From contig CAUWHJ010000008.1 of the NCBI GenBank assembly GCA_963558655.1, forward strand, positions 3,688 to 67,687: 64,000 nucleotides of DNA. Reading direction: 5' to 3'. The notes under the pieces are model-generated. The model was not told the origin of the DNA. It saw only the letters and a program-made list of their open reading frames with translations, and did not search any database. Both the position numbers and the translations under genes were made by a program. Source of the DNA: an uncultured Peptococcaceae bacterium (lineage in GTDB: Bacteria > Bacillota > Peptococcia > Peptococcales > Peptococcaceae). Shown here piece after piece: positions 45,984 through 56,735 of this stretch. The stretch's first letter is position 1. The number at the start of each line of letters is the position of its first letter.

Positions 45984-47705
45984 ATGGTCGATAAAAAATT
46001 GCTCAGAGAGGCACGAGCGCAGCGGGCGCTGTTTGCCGCTTCGGTGCTTTGCAGTTTAGGGGCAGCAGCAGCGATTCTTTGGCAAACCTGGAGCGTGGCA
46101 GTGATTGTGAATGGCCTCTTTTTGGGTGACGCTTCAGCGGCTTCGCTAAAACCTGCTTTTGTGGCGGCGCTTTTGGCGCTTGGGCTGCGGATTTTTTTGG
46201 AGATGCTTGAGGACGTTGTGAGCTTACGCCTGGCAGCGCAGATTAAGAGCGATTTGCGCGCACGCCTTATTGACAAGCTGAGAACGTTGTCTCCTGTTCA
46301 GGTGCAGGCGATGCAGTCGGGCAAGTTGCTGAATTTGCTTTATGATGGCATTGATACGCTGGAGAGCTATTTCAGCGGCTATCTGCCGCAGCTTTACAAA
46401 GCGGTGTTTATTCCAATTCTCTTTCTTTGTGTCATCTTTCCAAAAGACGCCACCAGCGCTGTGATTATGTTGGTGACTTTGCCGCTGATTCCTATGTTTA
46501 TGGTGCTCATTGGCAAATGGACGAAACGGGAAAGTGTGCGGCAGTGGGTGCTTCTGACAAAATTTGCGGCATTTTTAGAGGATGTGCTGGCGGGGCTTAT
46601 GACGTTGAAATCCTTAGGCCGCAGCAAAAAACAGGGTGAGAAGATTGGGGAAATCAGCGAAGCGTATCGCCGCGCGACCTTTCAGGTGCAGAAGTGGGCG
46701 TTCATTTCATCGCTGGCGTTGGAGCTGGTTGCCACCATCTCCATTGCCATGGTGGCGGTTGGCTTGGGCTTGCGTTTGTGCAATGGCACGTTGACATTTT
46801 TAATTGGCTTTTACATCTTGCTTCTGGCGCCGGAATATTATCAGCCGATGCGTACGCTGGGACAGTATTTTCATTCTGGCATCAATGCCGAGGAAGCGGC
46901 AAAAAGTCTTTACGCTTTTCTCGACACTGAGCCGTGGCAGGTGCAGGAAGGGGACTATGCCGAGAAATGTGTGCGGGAGATTCGCTTTGAACACGTCAGT
47001 TATCGTTATCCGGGCGCAAAAGAGGACGCTGTCAAAGATGTGTCGCTGGTTCTTTCGGCGGGACAGTCGCTGGCGTTTGTCGGTGACAGTGGCAGCGGTA
47101 AGACAACGTTGATGATGTTGGCAATGTGCTTTTTGCAGCCAACGGCGGGAACCATCTATGTGAACGGTGTGCCGCTATCGTCCTGGCAGAGAAAGGCATA
47201 TCACCGCCGTTTGGCGGCTGTGTTGCAACGCCCCTATGTATTTGCCGGTACGGTGTTGGAAAATATTGTTTTTGCGGACACCGTGAACGCAGAGGAGGCG
47301 GCACGTGCCGGTGCGATTGCCGAACAGATTGGTCTTACGCATCTTTTACGCACAACGCCGCAAGGCTTGCAGACGAGAATCGGCCAGGGTGGTGCCCAGC
47401 TTTCCGGTGGCCAAACAGCCTTGCTTTTGGTAGCACGCGCGCTTTATCGTGACAGTGATGTGCTTTTCTTAGATGAGATGACCGATAACCTCGATGTGGA
47501 AAGTGAGTATGCGCTGGTGGAAGCGCTGGATACCGTGCGCCATGGTCGCACCACCTGGATTATTGCCCATCGTTTGCAAACGCTGCGTAAGGTGGACCAA
47601 ATTCTTCTTATGAAAGAAGGGCGTTTGGTAAGCAGCGGCAGTTTTGAGGAGATGGTTGATGCCGGCGGCTATGCAATCGGGAAGGAGGTGCTATGCGATG
47701 GTTAA
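45984..47705 (+). CDS. cydD: Thiol-reductant ABC exporter subunit CydD
   Basis: 6-TM domain plus NBD (GDSGSGKTT, LSGGQ, LFLDE). Follows cydAB. RBS gaggagg upstream. Confidence 0.85.
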   Translation: MVDKKLLREARAQRALFAASVLCSLGAAAAILWQTWSVAVIVNGLFLGDASAASLKPAFVAALLALGLRIFLEMLEDVVSLRLAAQIKSDLRARLIDKLRTLSPVQVQAMQSGKLLNLLYDGIDTLESYFSGYLPQLYKAVFIPILFLCVIFPKDATSAVIMLVTLPLIPMFMVLIGKWTKRESVRQWVLLTKFAAFLEDVLAGLMTLKSLGRSKKQGEKIGEISEAYRRATFQVQKWAFISSLALELVATISIAMVAVGLGLRLCNGTLTFLIGFYILLLAPEYYQPMRTLGQYFHSGINAEEAAKSLYAFLDTEPWQVQEGDYAEKCVREIRFEHVSYRYPGAKEDAVKDVSLVLSAGQSLAFVGDSGSGKTTLMMLAMCFLQPTAGTIYVNGVPLSSWQRKAYHRRLAAVLQRPYVFAGTVLENIVFADTVNAEEAARAGAIAEQIGLTHLLRTTPQGLQTRIGQGGAQLSGGQTALLLVARALYRDSDVLFLDEMTDNLDVESEYALVEALDTVRHGRTTWIIAHRLQTLRKVDQILLMKEGRLVSSGSFEEMVDAGGYAIGKEVLCDG

Positions 47706-49425
47706 AACGCTGCGTTGGTTAATGGCAATGCTTGCGCCGTATCGGTGGCAGGTGTTTTTTGGCAGTGTGCTGGTGGCATTGACGGTTTTGGGCAATGTGG
47801 GGCTTTTGGCAACGTCCGGTTTGCTTTTGTCGAAGGCCGCCTTAACGCCCGAAGTGTTGCTTTTGATGCCCTTGATTACAGGGGTGCGCTTTTTTGGCAT
47901 AGGACGTGCGGTGCTGCGCTATGCTGAGCGTTTGTTGAACCACAGCATTGCCTTTCGTATTCTCGGCCGTTTACGCAGAGATTTTTATGACCATCTGGAA
48001 CCGCTTGTGCCAGATGCCTTGCCCAACTATTCAAAGGGCAAGCTCTATAACCAGTTTATGACAGATATTGAGGTTTTACAGTATTTCTATCTCAAAGCGG
48101 TGTCGATTCCTTTGGGAAGCCTTTTTATTTATACGGCGTGTGCGCTTTTTTTGGCGTTTTTTGAACCACGCTTGATTCCTTTGTTGCTCGTTGGTCAGCT
48201 TGTTGCCGGTTTTGTGATGCCTTGTTTGGCGGTTTCCGGTGGGCGCAGCGATAAGCAGGAGGCGGCAGAGGTACAACAGGCCTTGTCAGAACAGTTTCTT
48301 GAGCACAAGCAAGGGTTGACCGATTTGCACCTGTTTGGCAAAATCGAAACGATGACTCAGGCGTTGCAGCGGAAAACAGCGCAGCTGACAGTCTTGCATA
48401 TGCGTATGAGTCTGAAAAAGAAGCTGCTCAGTCGTCTTACCTTCGCCCTTAGCCACCTCACTATGCTGGCAGCACTGTGGCTGATGCTGTCTACGGTGCA
48501 AACGCAGCGTCTTGACGGGGTGTATGTTGCCATGTTGGCTTTGTTGGTGCTGGCTAGTTTTGAAGCCATCTTGCAAATGCCAGAGGCGGTGTTGCAGATG
48601 GAAGAATCAGTGCAGGCGGCAGAAGAGATGCGTGCTGTTTATGAGCAGCCATGCGTGGAACGACCGCTGACAACGGCGGAACCTTCTTCGTACACGCTGA
48701 CCTGCGAACACCTCGATTTTCATTATCATCAAGATGGGCGACATTTGATTGAAGATTTGAATTTGGCCATTCCGGAAGGGCAGCATTTGGCCATTGTTGG
48801 CGAGAGTGGCAGCGGTAAATCTTCGCTGGCAAGGGTGCTCGCCGGGCAGTGGCAAATTGACGGCGGCAGTCTCCTTTTGGGCGATGTGCCATTGGCGGCG
48901 CTGGACGATGCTACCTTACATCGGCTGATAGCCAGCGTGGACCAGGAAAGCTATTTCTTTTACACGTCCATTCGTGAAAATATGCAGTTGGCCAATGTGC
49001 AGGTGACCGATGAAGCCATCTGGCAAGCCTTGGCCATGGTGGAATTGGAAACATTGGTGCGTGCCATGCCGCAGGGATTGGACACGGTGTTGGCAGAAAA
49101 TGCAGCGGCGCTTTCCGGGGGCGAACGTCAGCGTTTGGCCATTGCCCGCATGATTGTGCAGGAACCGCGCATTGTCATCTTAGATGAAGCTTTACAAAAG
49201 CTCGACAAGCGTATGGCAGAACGCATTTTTGCACGGCTTTTAGCATGGGGCGAAGGGCGCACGATGATTGTCATAAGCCACAGTTTGTCCATGGTGGCTG
49301 GGCTTGACTTGTCTTGCGTGATGTCATATGGTAAAATCATTGAACAAGGTGCACACGCTGCGCTTCTAAAGAAAGAAAATGGTTCTTATCGGGCCTTGTA
49401 TGATATTGAACGATCTCAGTTTTAA
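47698..49425 (+). CDS. cydC: Thiol-reductant ABC exporter subunit CydC
   Basis: ATG 47698 overlaps the cydD stop. TMD plus NBD (GESGSGKSS, LSGGERQR, ILDE). Confidence 0.85.
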   Translation: MVKTLRWLMAMLAPYRWQVFFGSVLVALTVLGNVGLLATSGLLLSKAALTPEVLLLMPLITGVRFFGIGRAVLRYAERLLNHSIAFRILGRLRRDFYDHLEPLVPDALPNYSKGKLYNQFMTDIEVLQYFYLKAVSIPLGSLFIYTACALFLAFFEPRLIPLLLVGQLVAGFVMPCLAVSGGRSDKQEAAEVQQALSEQFLEHKQGLTDLHLFGKIETMTQALQRKTAQLTVLHMRMSLKKKLLSRLTFALSHLTMLAALWLMLSTVQTQRLDGVYVAMLALLVLASFEAILQMPEAVLQMEESVQAAEEMRAVYEQPCVERPLTTAEPSSYTLTCEHLDFHYHQDGRHLIEDLNLAIPEGQHLAIVGESGSGKSSLARVLAGQWQIDGGSLLLGDVPLAALDDATLHRLIASVDQESYFFYTSIRENMQLANVQVTDEAIWQALAMVELETLVRAMPQGLDTVLAENAAALSGGERQRLAIARMIVQEPRIVILDEALQKLDKRMAERIFARLLAWGEGRTMIVISHSLSMVAGLDLSCVMSYGKIIEQGAHAALLKKENGSYRALYDIERSQF

Positions 49426-49427
49426 GG

Positions 49428-50252
49428 ATGATGAGTATGTACGCATTGAAACATTCCGGTGGGCTTGTCTGGGTTGAAGCCGATGCCTTAGCAGCAGAGC
49501 CGGACATTCTCCACGCTTTTTCTACCCGACATGGCGGGCACAGTCACTTTCCTTATCAGTCGTTAAACCTTGGGCTGCACACCCGTGATGACATCATGAC
49601 CGTGCGTGCGAACCGTGACCGTTATGTGACCAACTTTGGCATCAGCCCGAGTGAGGTGGTCAGTCTCCATTTCATTCATTCCAACAAGGTGCTTGAAGTT
49701 GGCGCAGCAGATGGCGGCAAAGGCTTTCACTCACCGGCAGATGCGCTTGGTGATGCCGATGGCATGATTACCAATGTGCCACGGCGTGCCCTTTTTGTTA
49801 CCTATGCCGACTGTGTACCCGTGCTTTTTTATGATCCGGAGCATAAGGCGATTGGCGCCTGCCATGCCGGTTGGCGTGGGACGGTGGCAGGTATTGTGAT
49901 GGAAACGCTTAAAGCCATGCAGGCGGCTTATGGTACGAAGCCGGAAGACGTGCTTTGTGCTGTGGGGCCGGGGATTGATCCGGATCACTTTGAAGTGGGC
50001 GAAGAGGTGGCAGAAGCGGTGCGTGCCCATGCTGTCAAACCGGAACGCCTGCTTAAAGAGCGTGCCAACGGAAAATATCTTTTCAATATTTGGCAGGCGA
50101 ATATCGATCAGCTGCTTACGATGGGCGTGCCTCAGACGCAAATAACGCTGGTGGACCTCTCTACCTTTGCGCGCGATGATCTCTTCTTCTCGTATCGCCG
50201 CCGTTTTGGCGGTGAAGTGGGACGTCAGGCTGCGTTCATCATGTTAAAATAA
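49428..50252 (+). CDS. pgeF: Peptidoglycan editing factor PgeF (YfiH/YlmD, laccase-domain protein)
   Basis: CHAGWRGTVAGI motif and overall DUF152 pattern. The start is uncertain (ATG 49428, 49431 or 49437). Confidence 0.85.
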   Translation: MMSMYALKHSGGLVWVEADALAAEPDILHAFSTRHGGHSHFPYQSLNLGLHTRDDIMTVRANRDRYVTNFGISPSEVVSLHFIHSNKVLEVGAADGGKGFHSPADALGDADGMITNVPRRALFVTYADCVPVLFYDPEHKAIGACHAGWRGTVAGIVMETLKAMQAAYGTKPEDVLCAVGPGIDPDHFEVGEEVAEAVRAHAVKPERLLKERANGKYLFNIWQANIDQLLTMGVPQTQITLVDLSTFARDDLFFSYRRRFGGEVGRQAAFIMLK

Positions 50253-50261
50253 GGAGACCTC

Positions 50262-50942
50262 ATGCTTTCAAAACGCTTAGAAGCCGTGGCAGAACGGGTG
50301 CCTCAAGCGGCACGAATGGCTGACATCGGCTGTGACCATGCTTATCTACCCCTGGCTTTGCTTCAACGCGGCCAGGTTTCTTATGCCATTGGCTGTGATG
50401 TCAATGCCGGGCCGTTAGAAGCGGCGCGAAAAAATGCAGCACAGGCCGGCGTGGCGTTGGAACTGCGTTTGGCTGATGGCTTGGCAGCATTGCAGGTGGG
50501 CGAAGTGGATGTTGTCACCTTGGCTGGCATGGGTGCAGGGCTGATGGTTGACATTCTGTCGGCGGAACCAGCCGTGACAGCGGCACTCAAACGCATTGTT
50601 GTTTCGCCGAATGTGGCGCCGTGGCTGTTGCGGCAGTGGGCGATGCGCGCAGGGTTTGCTGTCTGCGAAGAAACCGTTGTAGAGGAACACGGGCATTATT
50701 ACGAAGTGTTTGCACTGGAGCCTGCCGCTGAGCGGCCGGTGTATGATGAGATGGCCTTGTATTTTGGCATTACCTTGCCAAAGCAGCAGGATGCCGTAAC
50801 GACAGCTTATTTTGCAGCACGCAAAGCTAGCGATGCCAAACTTTTAGCCGCCTGGGAGGCGGTGCGAGAGCGGCGGGACGATGTCGCTGAGCGTTATGCA
50901 CGGCTGCATGGATTGTGGCAGCGATGGGAGGAGATGCAGTGA
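50262..50942 (+). CDS. trmK: tRNA (adenine22-N1)-methyltransferase
   Basis: DIGCDHAYLP motif. Canonical pairing with the downstream nif3-like gene. Confidence 0.8.
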   Translation: MLSKRLEAVAERVPQAARMADIGCDHAYLPLALLQRGQVSYAIGCDVNAGPLEAARKNAAQAGVALELRLADGLAALQVGEVDVVTLAGMGAGLMVDILSAEPAVTAALKRIVVSPNVAPWLLRQWAMRAGFAVCEETVVEEHGHYYEVFALEPAAERPVYDEMALYFGITLPKQQDAVTTAYFAARKASDAKLLAAWEAVRERRDDVAERYARLHGLWQRWEEMQ

Positions 50943-52045
50943 TGCAAGTAAAAGAAATAGCGCGCATTGTAGAAAATCTGGCGCCAACGCATCTTAAAGA
51001 AGAATGGGATAATGTTGGGTTGCAGCTGGGCGACCCGAACGCATCGGTGCAGCGTATTCTTTTGGCACTTACGCCTTCTCTGAGCGTGGTTGAAGAAGCG
51101 GTGGCACAGGGCGCTGATATGATTGTCAGCCATCACCCCCTCCTTTTCAAAGGAACAAAAACCCTGTGCACCGATAAAACCATTGGTGCCATAAGCCGAC
51201 TGTGTTTCAAACACGATATTGCCATCTACTGCGCGCACACCAACCTCGATGTGGCGTGGGGCGGTGTCAACGATGTGTTGGCGGAATGTTTGGGCTTGAC
51301 AGATGTTGCGCTTTTGCAGGAAACAGAGTGTAAAACACGCTATAAAGTGGTGGTGTTTGTGCCGCTTGACCATTTGGCAGCGGTTCAACAAGCGATGTTT
51401 GCTGCCGGTGCCGGCGCCCAGGGTGCTTACAAAGAATGTGCCTGGACGGTAAACGGAAAAGGACAGTTTGCGCCGCAAGAAGGAGCGACCCCTTATCTGG
51501 GGCAGGTTGGGCGTGTGGAACACGTTGAGGAAGCTCGGCTGGAAGTGCTTGTCGATTTGGAGTGCTTGCAAAACGTGCTGGCTGCCATGAAAGAGGCACA
51601 TCCTTATGAAGAAGTGGCGTATGATGTTTTTCGGAATGAAGCCAGCGTTGTGCGTCAGGGTTTGGGGCGCATCGGACGGCTATCTGCACCAAAACGGCTC
51701 GATGCCTGGCTAGAAGAGGTTAAGGAACGCCTGGGCATTTCACGGCTTGCTTTTGCCGGTGACGGCACACGCATGGTGGAACGAGTGGCGCTTTGCGGTG
51801 GCAGTGCCACAGAATTTTTGAACGTGGCAAAAGCAAAAGGCGCCGATGTGTATGTGACAGGGGATATGAAATATCACGATGCACAGCAGGCGGTAGAACT
51901 GAATTTGCCGATGGTTGATGTATCGCATTTTGCCGGCGAACGTCCGGTGCTGGCAAAATTGCAGCACTTACTCAAGGCGGCTTGCGGCTCAGCGGTTGAT
52001 GTGCGTATTTCGCAAAATGAACGTGATTTTATTCAGTATCAATAA
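50942..52045 (+). CDS. Nif3-like dinuclear-metal-centre protein (YqfO type, with inserted domain)
   Basis: HHPLLFKG motif. TGATG overlap with trmK. RBS gggaggag upstream. Confidence 0.85.
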   Translation: MQVKEIARIVENLAPTHLKEEWDNVGLQLGDPNASVQRILLALTPSLSVVEEAVAQGADMIVSHHPLLFKGTKTLCTDKTIGAISRLCFKHDIAIYCAHTNLDVAWGGVNDVLAECLGLTDVALLQETECKTRYKVVVFVPLDHLAAVQQAMFAAGAGAQGAYKECAWTVNGKGQFAPQEGATPYLGQVGRVEHVEEARLEVLVDLECLQNVLAAMKEAHPYEEVAYDVFRNEASVVRQGLGRIGRLSAPKRLDAWLEEVKERLGISRLAFAGDGTRMVERVALCGGSATEFLNVAKAKGADVYVTGDMKYHDAQQAVELNLPMVDVSHFAGERPVLAKLQHLLKAACGSAVDVRISQNERDFIQYQ

Positions 52046-52080
52046 TCTATATCAACAATCAAAAGAAGAGGAGCATGGGA

Positions 52081-53118
52081 ATGAAAAAATGGACCAAACG
52101 ATTAAGTGCTATATTGCTTTGCGGCGCATTGGCACTGAGTATGACTGCTTGCGGCGGCAATGAGACTGCCAATTCCGGCAGTGAAACACCGATGAGCTCG
52201 GCACCGGCTGCTGAACATACGCAGGAAACTGCCGACGTTATTCGTGTGGGGGTGCTCTCCATTGAGGACAGCCTGCCGGTATTTGCTGCCGAGCAGGAGA
52301 ATATGTTTGCAGAAGCTGGGCTTCAGGTGGAAATTTATCCATTTAAGAGCAGCTCTGATCAATCCAAGGCTGTTGAAGCCGGCGAATTGGATATTGTTAT
52401 GAACGACATGATTGTACAGAGCTTGATGAAGAAAGCCGATACTGATACGAAGGTGGTCAGCATGGCTTTTGGTGCCACCCAGGAAGAAGGACGTTTTGTT
52501 GTGGTGGCTGCGCCAAACAGCGGCATCAGCAAGCCGGAAGATTTGCAGGGTAAGCGTGTGGCTATTTCCACGAACACCATGATGGAATACCTGATGAACC
52601 AATATGAAAATTATTACCATCTTGACGCAGATAGCATTGAACTGGTAAATATGCCGGATTTGATGCTGCGTGTGGAAACCTTGCTTCAAGGTAAAGATAT
52701 TGATGCAGCCATTTTGCCGGACCCATTGGCATCGTTTGCACTGGCGAATGGCGCAATCAGCGTGATTGATGATACAACGCTGGATGAGAATTTTTCGCAG
52801 TCTGTCTTTTTAGCGACAGATGCCTTCATGACAGAACACCAACCAGAGTTAGATGCCTTCATGGACGTGCTTTTCCAAGCCATGACAGATATCAATGAAC
52901 ATCCAGATAAATACCGTGCACTGCTTATGGAAAAAGCCAATGTGCCAGAAACGCTTCAGGACAACTATCCAATGCCTACCTTTAGCCCTGGCACAGTGCC
53001 AAGTGAAGAAGAAGTAGCACGCTTGGAGGCCTGGATGGTGGAAACCAAGATGCTGGACAAGGTGTACAGCTATCCGGATTTGGTCAGCGACGCCTATGAG
53101 AAAGAGGCAGCAGAGTGA
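52081..53118 (+). CDS. ABC transporter substrate-binding lipoprotein, NMT1/THI5 (SsuA/TauA-like) family
   Basis: Lipobox LSMTAC. ATG 52081 lies 7 nt behind gaggag. NMT1-like fold pattern. Confidence 0.8.
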   Translation: MKKWTKRLSAILLCGALALSMTACGGNETANSGSETPMSSAPAAEHTQETADVIRVGVLSIEDSLPVFAAEQENMFAEAGLQVEIYPFKSSSDQSKAVEAGELDIVMNDMIVQSLMKKADTDTKVVSMAFGATQEEGRFVVVAAPNSGISKPEDLQGKRVAISTNTMMEYLMNQYENYYHLDADSIELVNMPDLMLRVETLLQGKDIDAAILPDPLASFALANGAISVIDDTTLDENFSQSVFLATDAFMTEHQPELDAFMDVLFQAMTDINEHPDKYRALLMEKANVPETLQDNYPMPTFSPGTVPSEEEVARLEAWMVETKMLDKVYSYPDLVSDAYEKEAAE

Positions 53119-53846
53119 TTTACCGTTTAGAAAATGTGTCATATATGTATAAGGAAAGCAGCAAAGCCATCCTGACACGGTTTGACTGGCAGATCAAGGC
53201 TCAGGAACGCTGGGCCTTGATTGGGCCGTCGGGTTGTGGAAAAACAACGCTGCTTTATCTTTTGGCCGGGCTCAAATCTCCGAGCACCGGCCGTGTTCTT
53301 TATCATGAGCAAGTGGCACAGGCGCCGATGGAAAAAGTGAGCTTTATTCAGCAGCATTACGGGCTTTTTCGCTGGAAAACGGTGCGTCAAAATCTGGCTT
53401 TGCCGTTACAGCTCAAAAAAGTGCCAAAAAAAGAACAGGAAGCACGTATCCGGCGTGAGCTTAAACGCTTGGGGCTGGAAGGCTTGGAAGAGCATTTTCC
53501 TTCTGCGCTTTCCGGCGGGCAGTGTCAGCGTGTGGCCATTGGTCGTGCGCTGATTGATGAGCCGGAAGTGCTGTTGATGGACGAACCGTTTTCTGCGCTT
53601 GATGCGCTGACGCGCGAGGGTTTACAGGAGGAGGTTCTGCGGCTTTCTCTTGAAAGCGGCGTAACGATGGTACTGGTGACGCACAGCATTGAAGAGGCGG
53701 TATATATGTGCGACCATCTGTTGGTTTACAGCAGCGAAGGGCCAGTTGCGATTGACAATAGCACCACACCGCATCAACGTTATGATGCACAGTTTGTGGC
53801 ACAATGTGCAGAAGTGAAACGATTATTGGAGGCGACAATGGCATGA
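53115..53846 (+). CDS. ABC transporter ATP-binding protein (SsuB/TauB-like)
   Basis: GPSGCGKTT, LSGGQCQRVAIGRAL, LLMDEP. Confidence 0.9.
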   Translation: MIYRLENVSYMYKESSKAILTRFDWQIKAQERWALIGPSGCGKTTLLYLLAGLKSPSTGRVLYHEQVAQAPMEKVSFIQQHYGLFRWKTVRQNLALPLQLKKVPKKEQEARIRRELKRLGLEGLEEHFPSALSGGQCQRVAIGRALIDEPEVLLMDEPFSALDALTREGLQEEVLRLSLESGVTMVLVTHSIEEAVYMCDHLLVYSSEGPVAIDNSTTPHQRYDAQFVAQCAEVKRLLEATMA

Positions 53847-54580
53847 AACATAAAGGCGTATCCATTTTGGTAGCCTCTCTCTTGTTGCTGCTTCTTTGGC
53901 AAGGTGCCAGCATGGCGTTGGATAAGGCGTTTTTGCCGGGACCTTGGACCTCATTCAAAGCCTTTTTGGCACTTTGTCAAAATGGCGATATGTGGCCGCA
54001 GTTTAGCATCAGTGCAGCGCGTGTGTTGATAAGCACAGCACTTGGCGTGGTGCTGGCAGTGCCCTTGGGCATGGCTTGCGGCCGTTCGGAGATGCTTTAT
54101 CAAGTGGCAACACCGTTGGTGGCCATTCTCTATCCATTGCCAAAAGTGGTGTTTTTGCCAATTTTGGTGGTGCTTTTTGGACTGGGTAATCTGCCGAAAA
54201 TTATTCTTATTACGCTCATTATTTTCTTTCAGATTTTTGTGGTGGTTTGCGATGCGTCGCACCAACTGCCGCAGGAAAGTGTGGACGCCATGCACACGAT
54301 GAGCAAGAAACGCCTGGACGTGTTTCGTCATTTGCTGTTACCGGCGTGCTTGCCATCGGTGCTGACCAGCCTGCGTATTTCCATTGGCACATCGGTGGCG
54401 GTGCTCTTTTTTGCCGAGACCTTTGCGTCTTTTGACGGCTTGGGCTATCTGATTCTTGATGGCATGGAGCGCCGTGAATATCCGGATATGTTTGCGGGCA
54501 TTATTGGCATGGCACTCTTGGGCGTGTTGTTGTATGAATGTATCTATTATTTGGAGAAACGCTGCTGCCGCTGGCTGTAA
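53843..54580 (+). CDS. ABC transporter permease (SsuC/TauC-like)
   Basis: 6-TM BPD-type permease. The ATG overlaps the upstream stop (ATGA). Confidence 0.85.
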   Translation: MKHKGVSILVASLLLLLLWQGASMALDKAFLPGPWTSFKAFLALCQNGDMWPQFSISAARVLISTALGVVLAVPLGMACGRSEMLYQVATPLVAILYPLPKVVFLPILVVLFGLGNLPKIILITLIIFFQIFVVVCDASHQLPQESVDAMHTMSKKRLDVFRHLLLPACLPSVLTSLRISIGTSVAVLFFAETFASFDGLGYLILDGMERREYPDMFAGIIGMALLGVLLYECIYYLEKRCCRWL

Positions 54581-54736
54581 CTCGGCGGACGACCTGAGCA
54601 AGTCGTTAAACGGCTTTTTTTCATTGTTAGTAATATGGAGATAATGTTGATATTTGGTGTAAATTACGCCGAAAGGCTTTTCTAAATGCCAATCCTGCGC
54701 TATGATATAATAGATTGGTAATGAGAAGGAGGCAGT

Positions 54737-56035
54737 ATGAAAAAAACAGCTATCATTTTTGCACTGACACTCTGTGCAATGACGTTGAGTGGATGTTCCA
54801 TCTTATTTGAAGAACCGTCCACCCTGATCCTTCCACCAGCCAGTGACCAGGAGGAATATGTTGAGCGTACGCTCATCAACTCTTTTCTCAGCAATGGAGA
54901 GCACCTCGTTGTGCCTGAGGATATGGAAGATCCTGCTGCTTTTATTGATCTTGACCTTGATGGAGACGATAGCAACGAAAAACTCGCTTTTTGGTCAAAC
55001 AACAATGGCCATGAAGTGGGCGTGCTGCTGATGAAACAAGGCGCAGATGGCAGCTGGGAATTGTTGGATCAGATTCGCCAATATGGAAACGATGTCAACT
55101 ATTTCAAAATGGTTGATCTTGATAATGACGGCAACGATGAAGCCTGCATCGGAATTGATGTTGGCGGTAATAATGTGCTTTATGTTTACAAATTGAGCGG
55201 AGAAGGTTTTTCTGAAATCAAACAGTTTAACTATTCGTATTTGGAAATTGCCGACATGAACGGCGATGGTGCCAATACCATTCTCTGCGCGCTGAACGAT
55301 TACGACGACACCACACCAACAGCCACGCTGACCATGTACGCTGGCAGCGGCACCATGGAAAGCCTTTATCAGAAAACCTTTGACGGCAACTGTATTGAAA
55401 TGGCGTTTGGGCCGGTCAGTACCACCAAAACAGGGCTGTATTTTATTCACACCAACAATTACAGCGACCTTAACGTGGAGCTTTTGCTGCCAACAGAGGA
55501 AAATGGCTTTGATGAACAGTTGACAGCCAGTGTGCGTTATGCGAACGCAACCGGCTCCGGCAATCCGATTATCAGCGATGTGACAGGTGATGGTGTGCTT
55601 GACGTGCGTACTTTGGTGGAACCAACAGAACCTTCCCAAAAAGGGGATGGTGATGCGCTCTATATTTGGAAATCCTGGGACGGTGCCGATTATTTGTCAA
55701 ACGTGTATGGTGTTTTTGAAAACACCACTGACGGTTATAGTTTTGTGCTGCCGTCGTATTGTCTGGATACCGTGCGTTACCAATGGATTTCTGAAAAAGG
55801 CAACAGTCAGGTGCGTTTTTACGATGGCGCTGCCAGCGAACCATCAATTATTCTCTATGCCCTGACCGGCGCAGATGAGCGTGGAATCGCCAATTATCCG
55901 GGTATTATAGCACTCGGCACCTCGCCAAGTTCGCAGCGTTCTTATTATGCACTGTGCAATACCCAAACCTTTGCGGGGCAATTTATTGATATGAACAATA
56001 TGAAACAATTCTTCCAAATTAAAGGAGGACAATGA
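54737..56035 (+). CDS. Lipoprotein with four DxDxDG (FG-GAP/calcium-loop-like) repeats
   Basis: Signal peptide plus lipobox (TLSGC). Repeats DLDGDDSNE, DLDNDGNDE, DMNGDGANT and DVTGDGVLD. RBS aaggagg upstream. Confidence 0.7.
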   Translation: MKKTAIIFALTLCAMTLSGCSILFEEPSTLILPPASDQEEYVERTLINSFLSNGEHLVVPEDMEDPAAFIDLDLDGDDSNEKLAFWSNNNGHEVGVLLMKQGADGSWELLDQIRQYGNDVNYFKMVDLDNDGNDEACIGIDVGGNNVLYVYKLSGEGFSEIKQFNYSYLEIADMNGDGANTILCALNDYDDTTPTATLTMYAGSGTMESLYQKTFDGNCIEMAFGPVSTTKTGLYFIHTNNYSDLNVELLLPTEENGFDEQLTASVRYANATGSGNPIISDVTGDGVLDVRTLVEPTEPSQKGDGDALYIWKSWDGADYLSNVYGVFENTTDGYSFVLPSYCLDTVRYQWISEKGNSQVRFYDGAASEPSIILYALTGADERGIANYPGIIALGTSPSSQRSYYALCNTQTFAGQFIDMNNMKQFFQIKGGQ

Positions 56036-56036
56036 T

Positions 56037-56735
56037 ATGGATCATAAGATTTTAGTTGTAGAAGATGAAGAAGCCATTCGTGGTTTTATTAAAGTGAATC
56101 TGAAACGCAACAACTTTGATGTAATCGAAGCCGGCAGCGGCGAAGAAGCCTTGGAAAAACTTGATGACACAGTGGACATTGTTCTGCTCGATGTCATGCT
56201 TCCAGGCATGAACGGTTATGAAGTGTGCGCCAAAGCACGCGAGGCTTTTCCACAGTTGGGGGTTATTATTCTGACCGCCAAAGGGCAGGAAGAAAACAAG
56301 ATTGAAGGCTTGGAAGCCGGCGCCGATGATTATATTGTCAAGCCATTCAGCCCAAAAGAACTGTTGGCACGCATCAATGCCTTGCTGCGGCGTCTGTCCA
56401 TTCAGGTGGACGAAGCAGGCGAAGAAACCAAGGAACTGGTAACAGGCATCTTTACAATGAACATTGATGAGCGCCGTTTCCTGAAGAATGGTGAAGAAAT
56501 TGAACTGACGCCAATCGAGTTCTCCTTAGTGAAATATTTCATGGAAAATGCCAATAAAGCGGTACACCGTGATGAAATCCTCAACAATGTGTGGGGCTAT
56601 AATTATGTAGGCGACTTTAAGATTGTCGATGTCAATATTCGCCGCATTCGCCAAAAAATTGAAGAAGACCCATCAAAACCAAAGTACATTGAAAAAGTAT
56701 GGGGCTATGGCTACCGTTGGTGGGGTGGTGATTGA
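56037..56735 (+). CDS. OmpR-family response regulator
   Basis: Receiver domain (LLDVMLPGMNG) plus winged-helix output (VWGY...GYRW). Its RBS lies inside the last codons of the lipoprotein gene. Confidence 0.93.
   Translation: MDHKILVVEDEEAIRGFIKVNLKRNNFDVIEAGSGEEALEKLDDTVDIVLLDVMLPGMNGYEVCAKAREAFPQLGVIILTAKGQEENKIEGLEAGADDYIVKPFSPKELLARINALLRRLSIQVDEAGEETKELVTGIFTMNIDERRFLKNGEEIELTPIEFSLVKYFMENANKAVHRDEILNNVWGYNYVGDFKIVDVNIRRIRQKIEEDPSKPKYIEKVWGYGYRWWGGD

Noticed and set aside
54584-54621. Possible terminator after the ABC permease gene (7-T tract at 54615-54621).
   Set aside because: I find only a 6-bp stem (gacgac/gtcgtt), and it is separated from the T tract by 8 nt. This is not a canonical intrinsic terminator.
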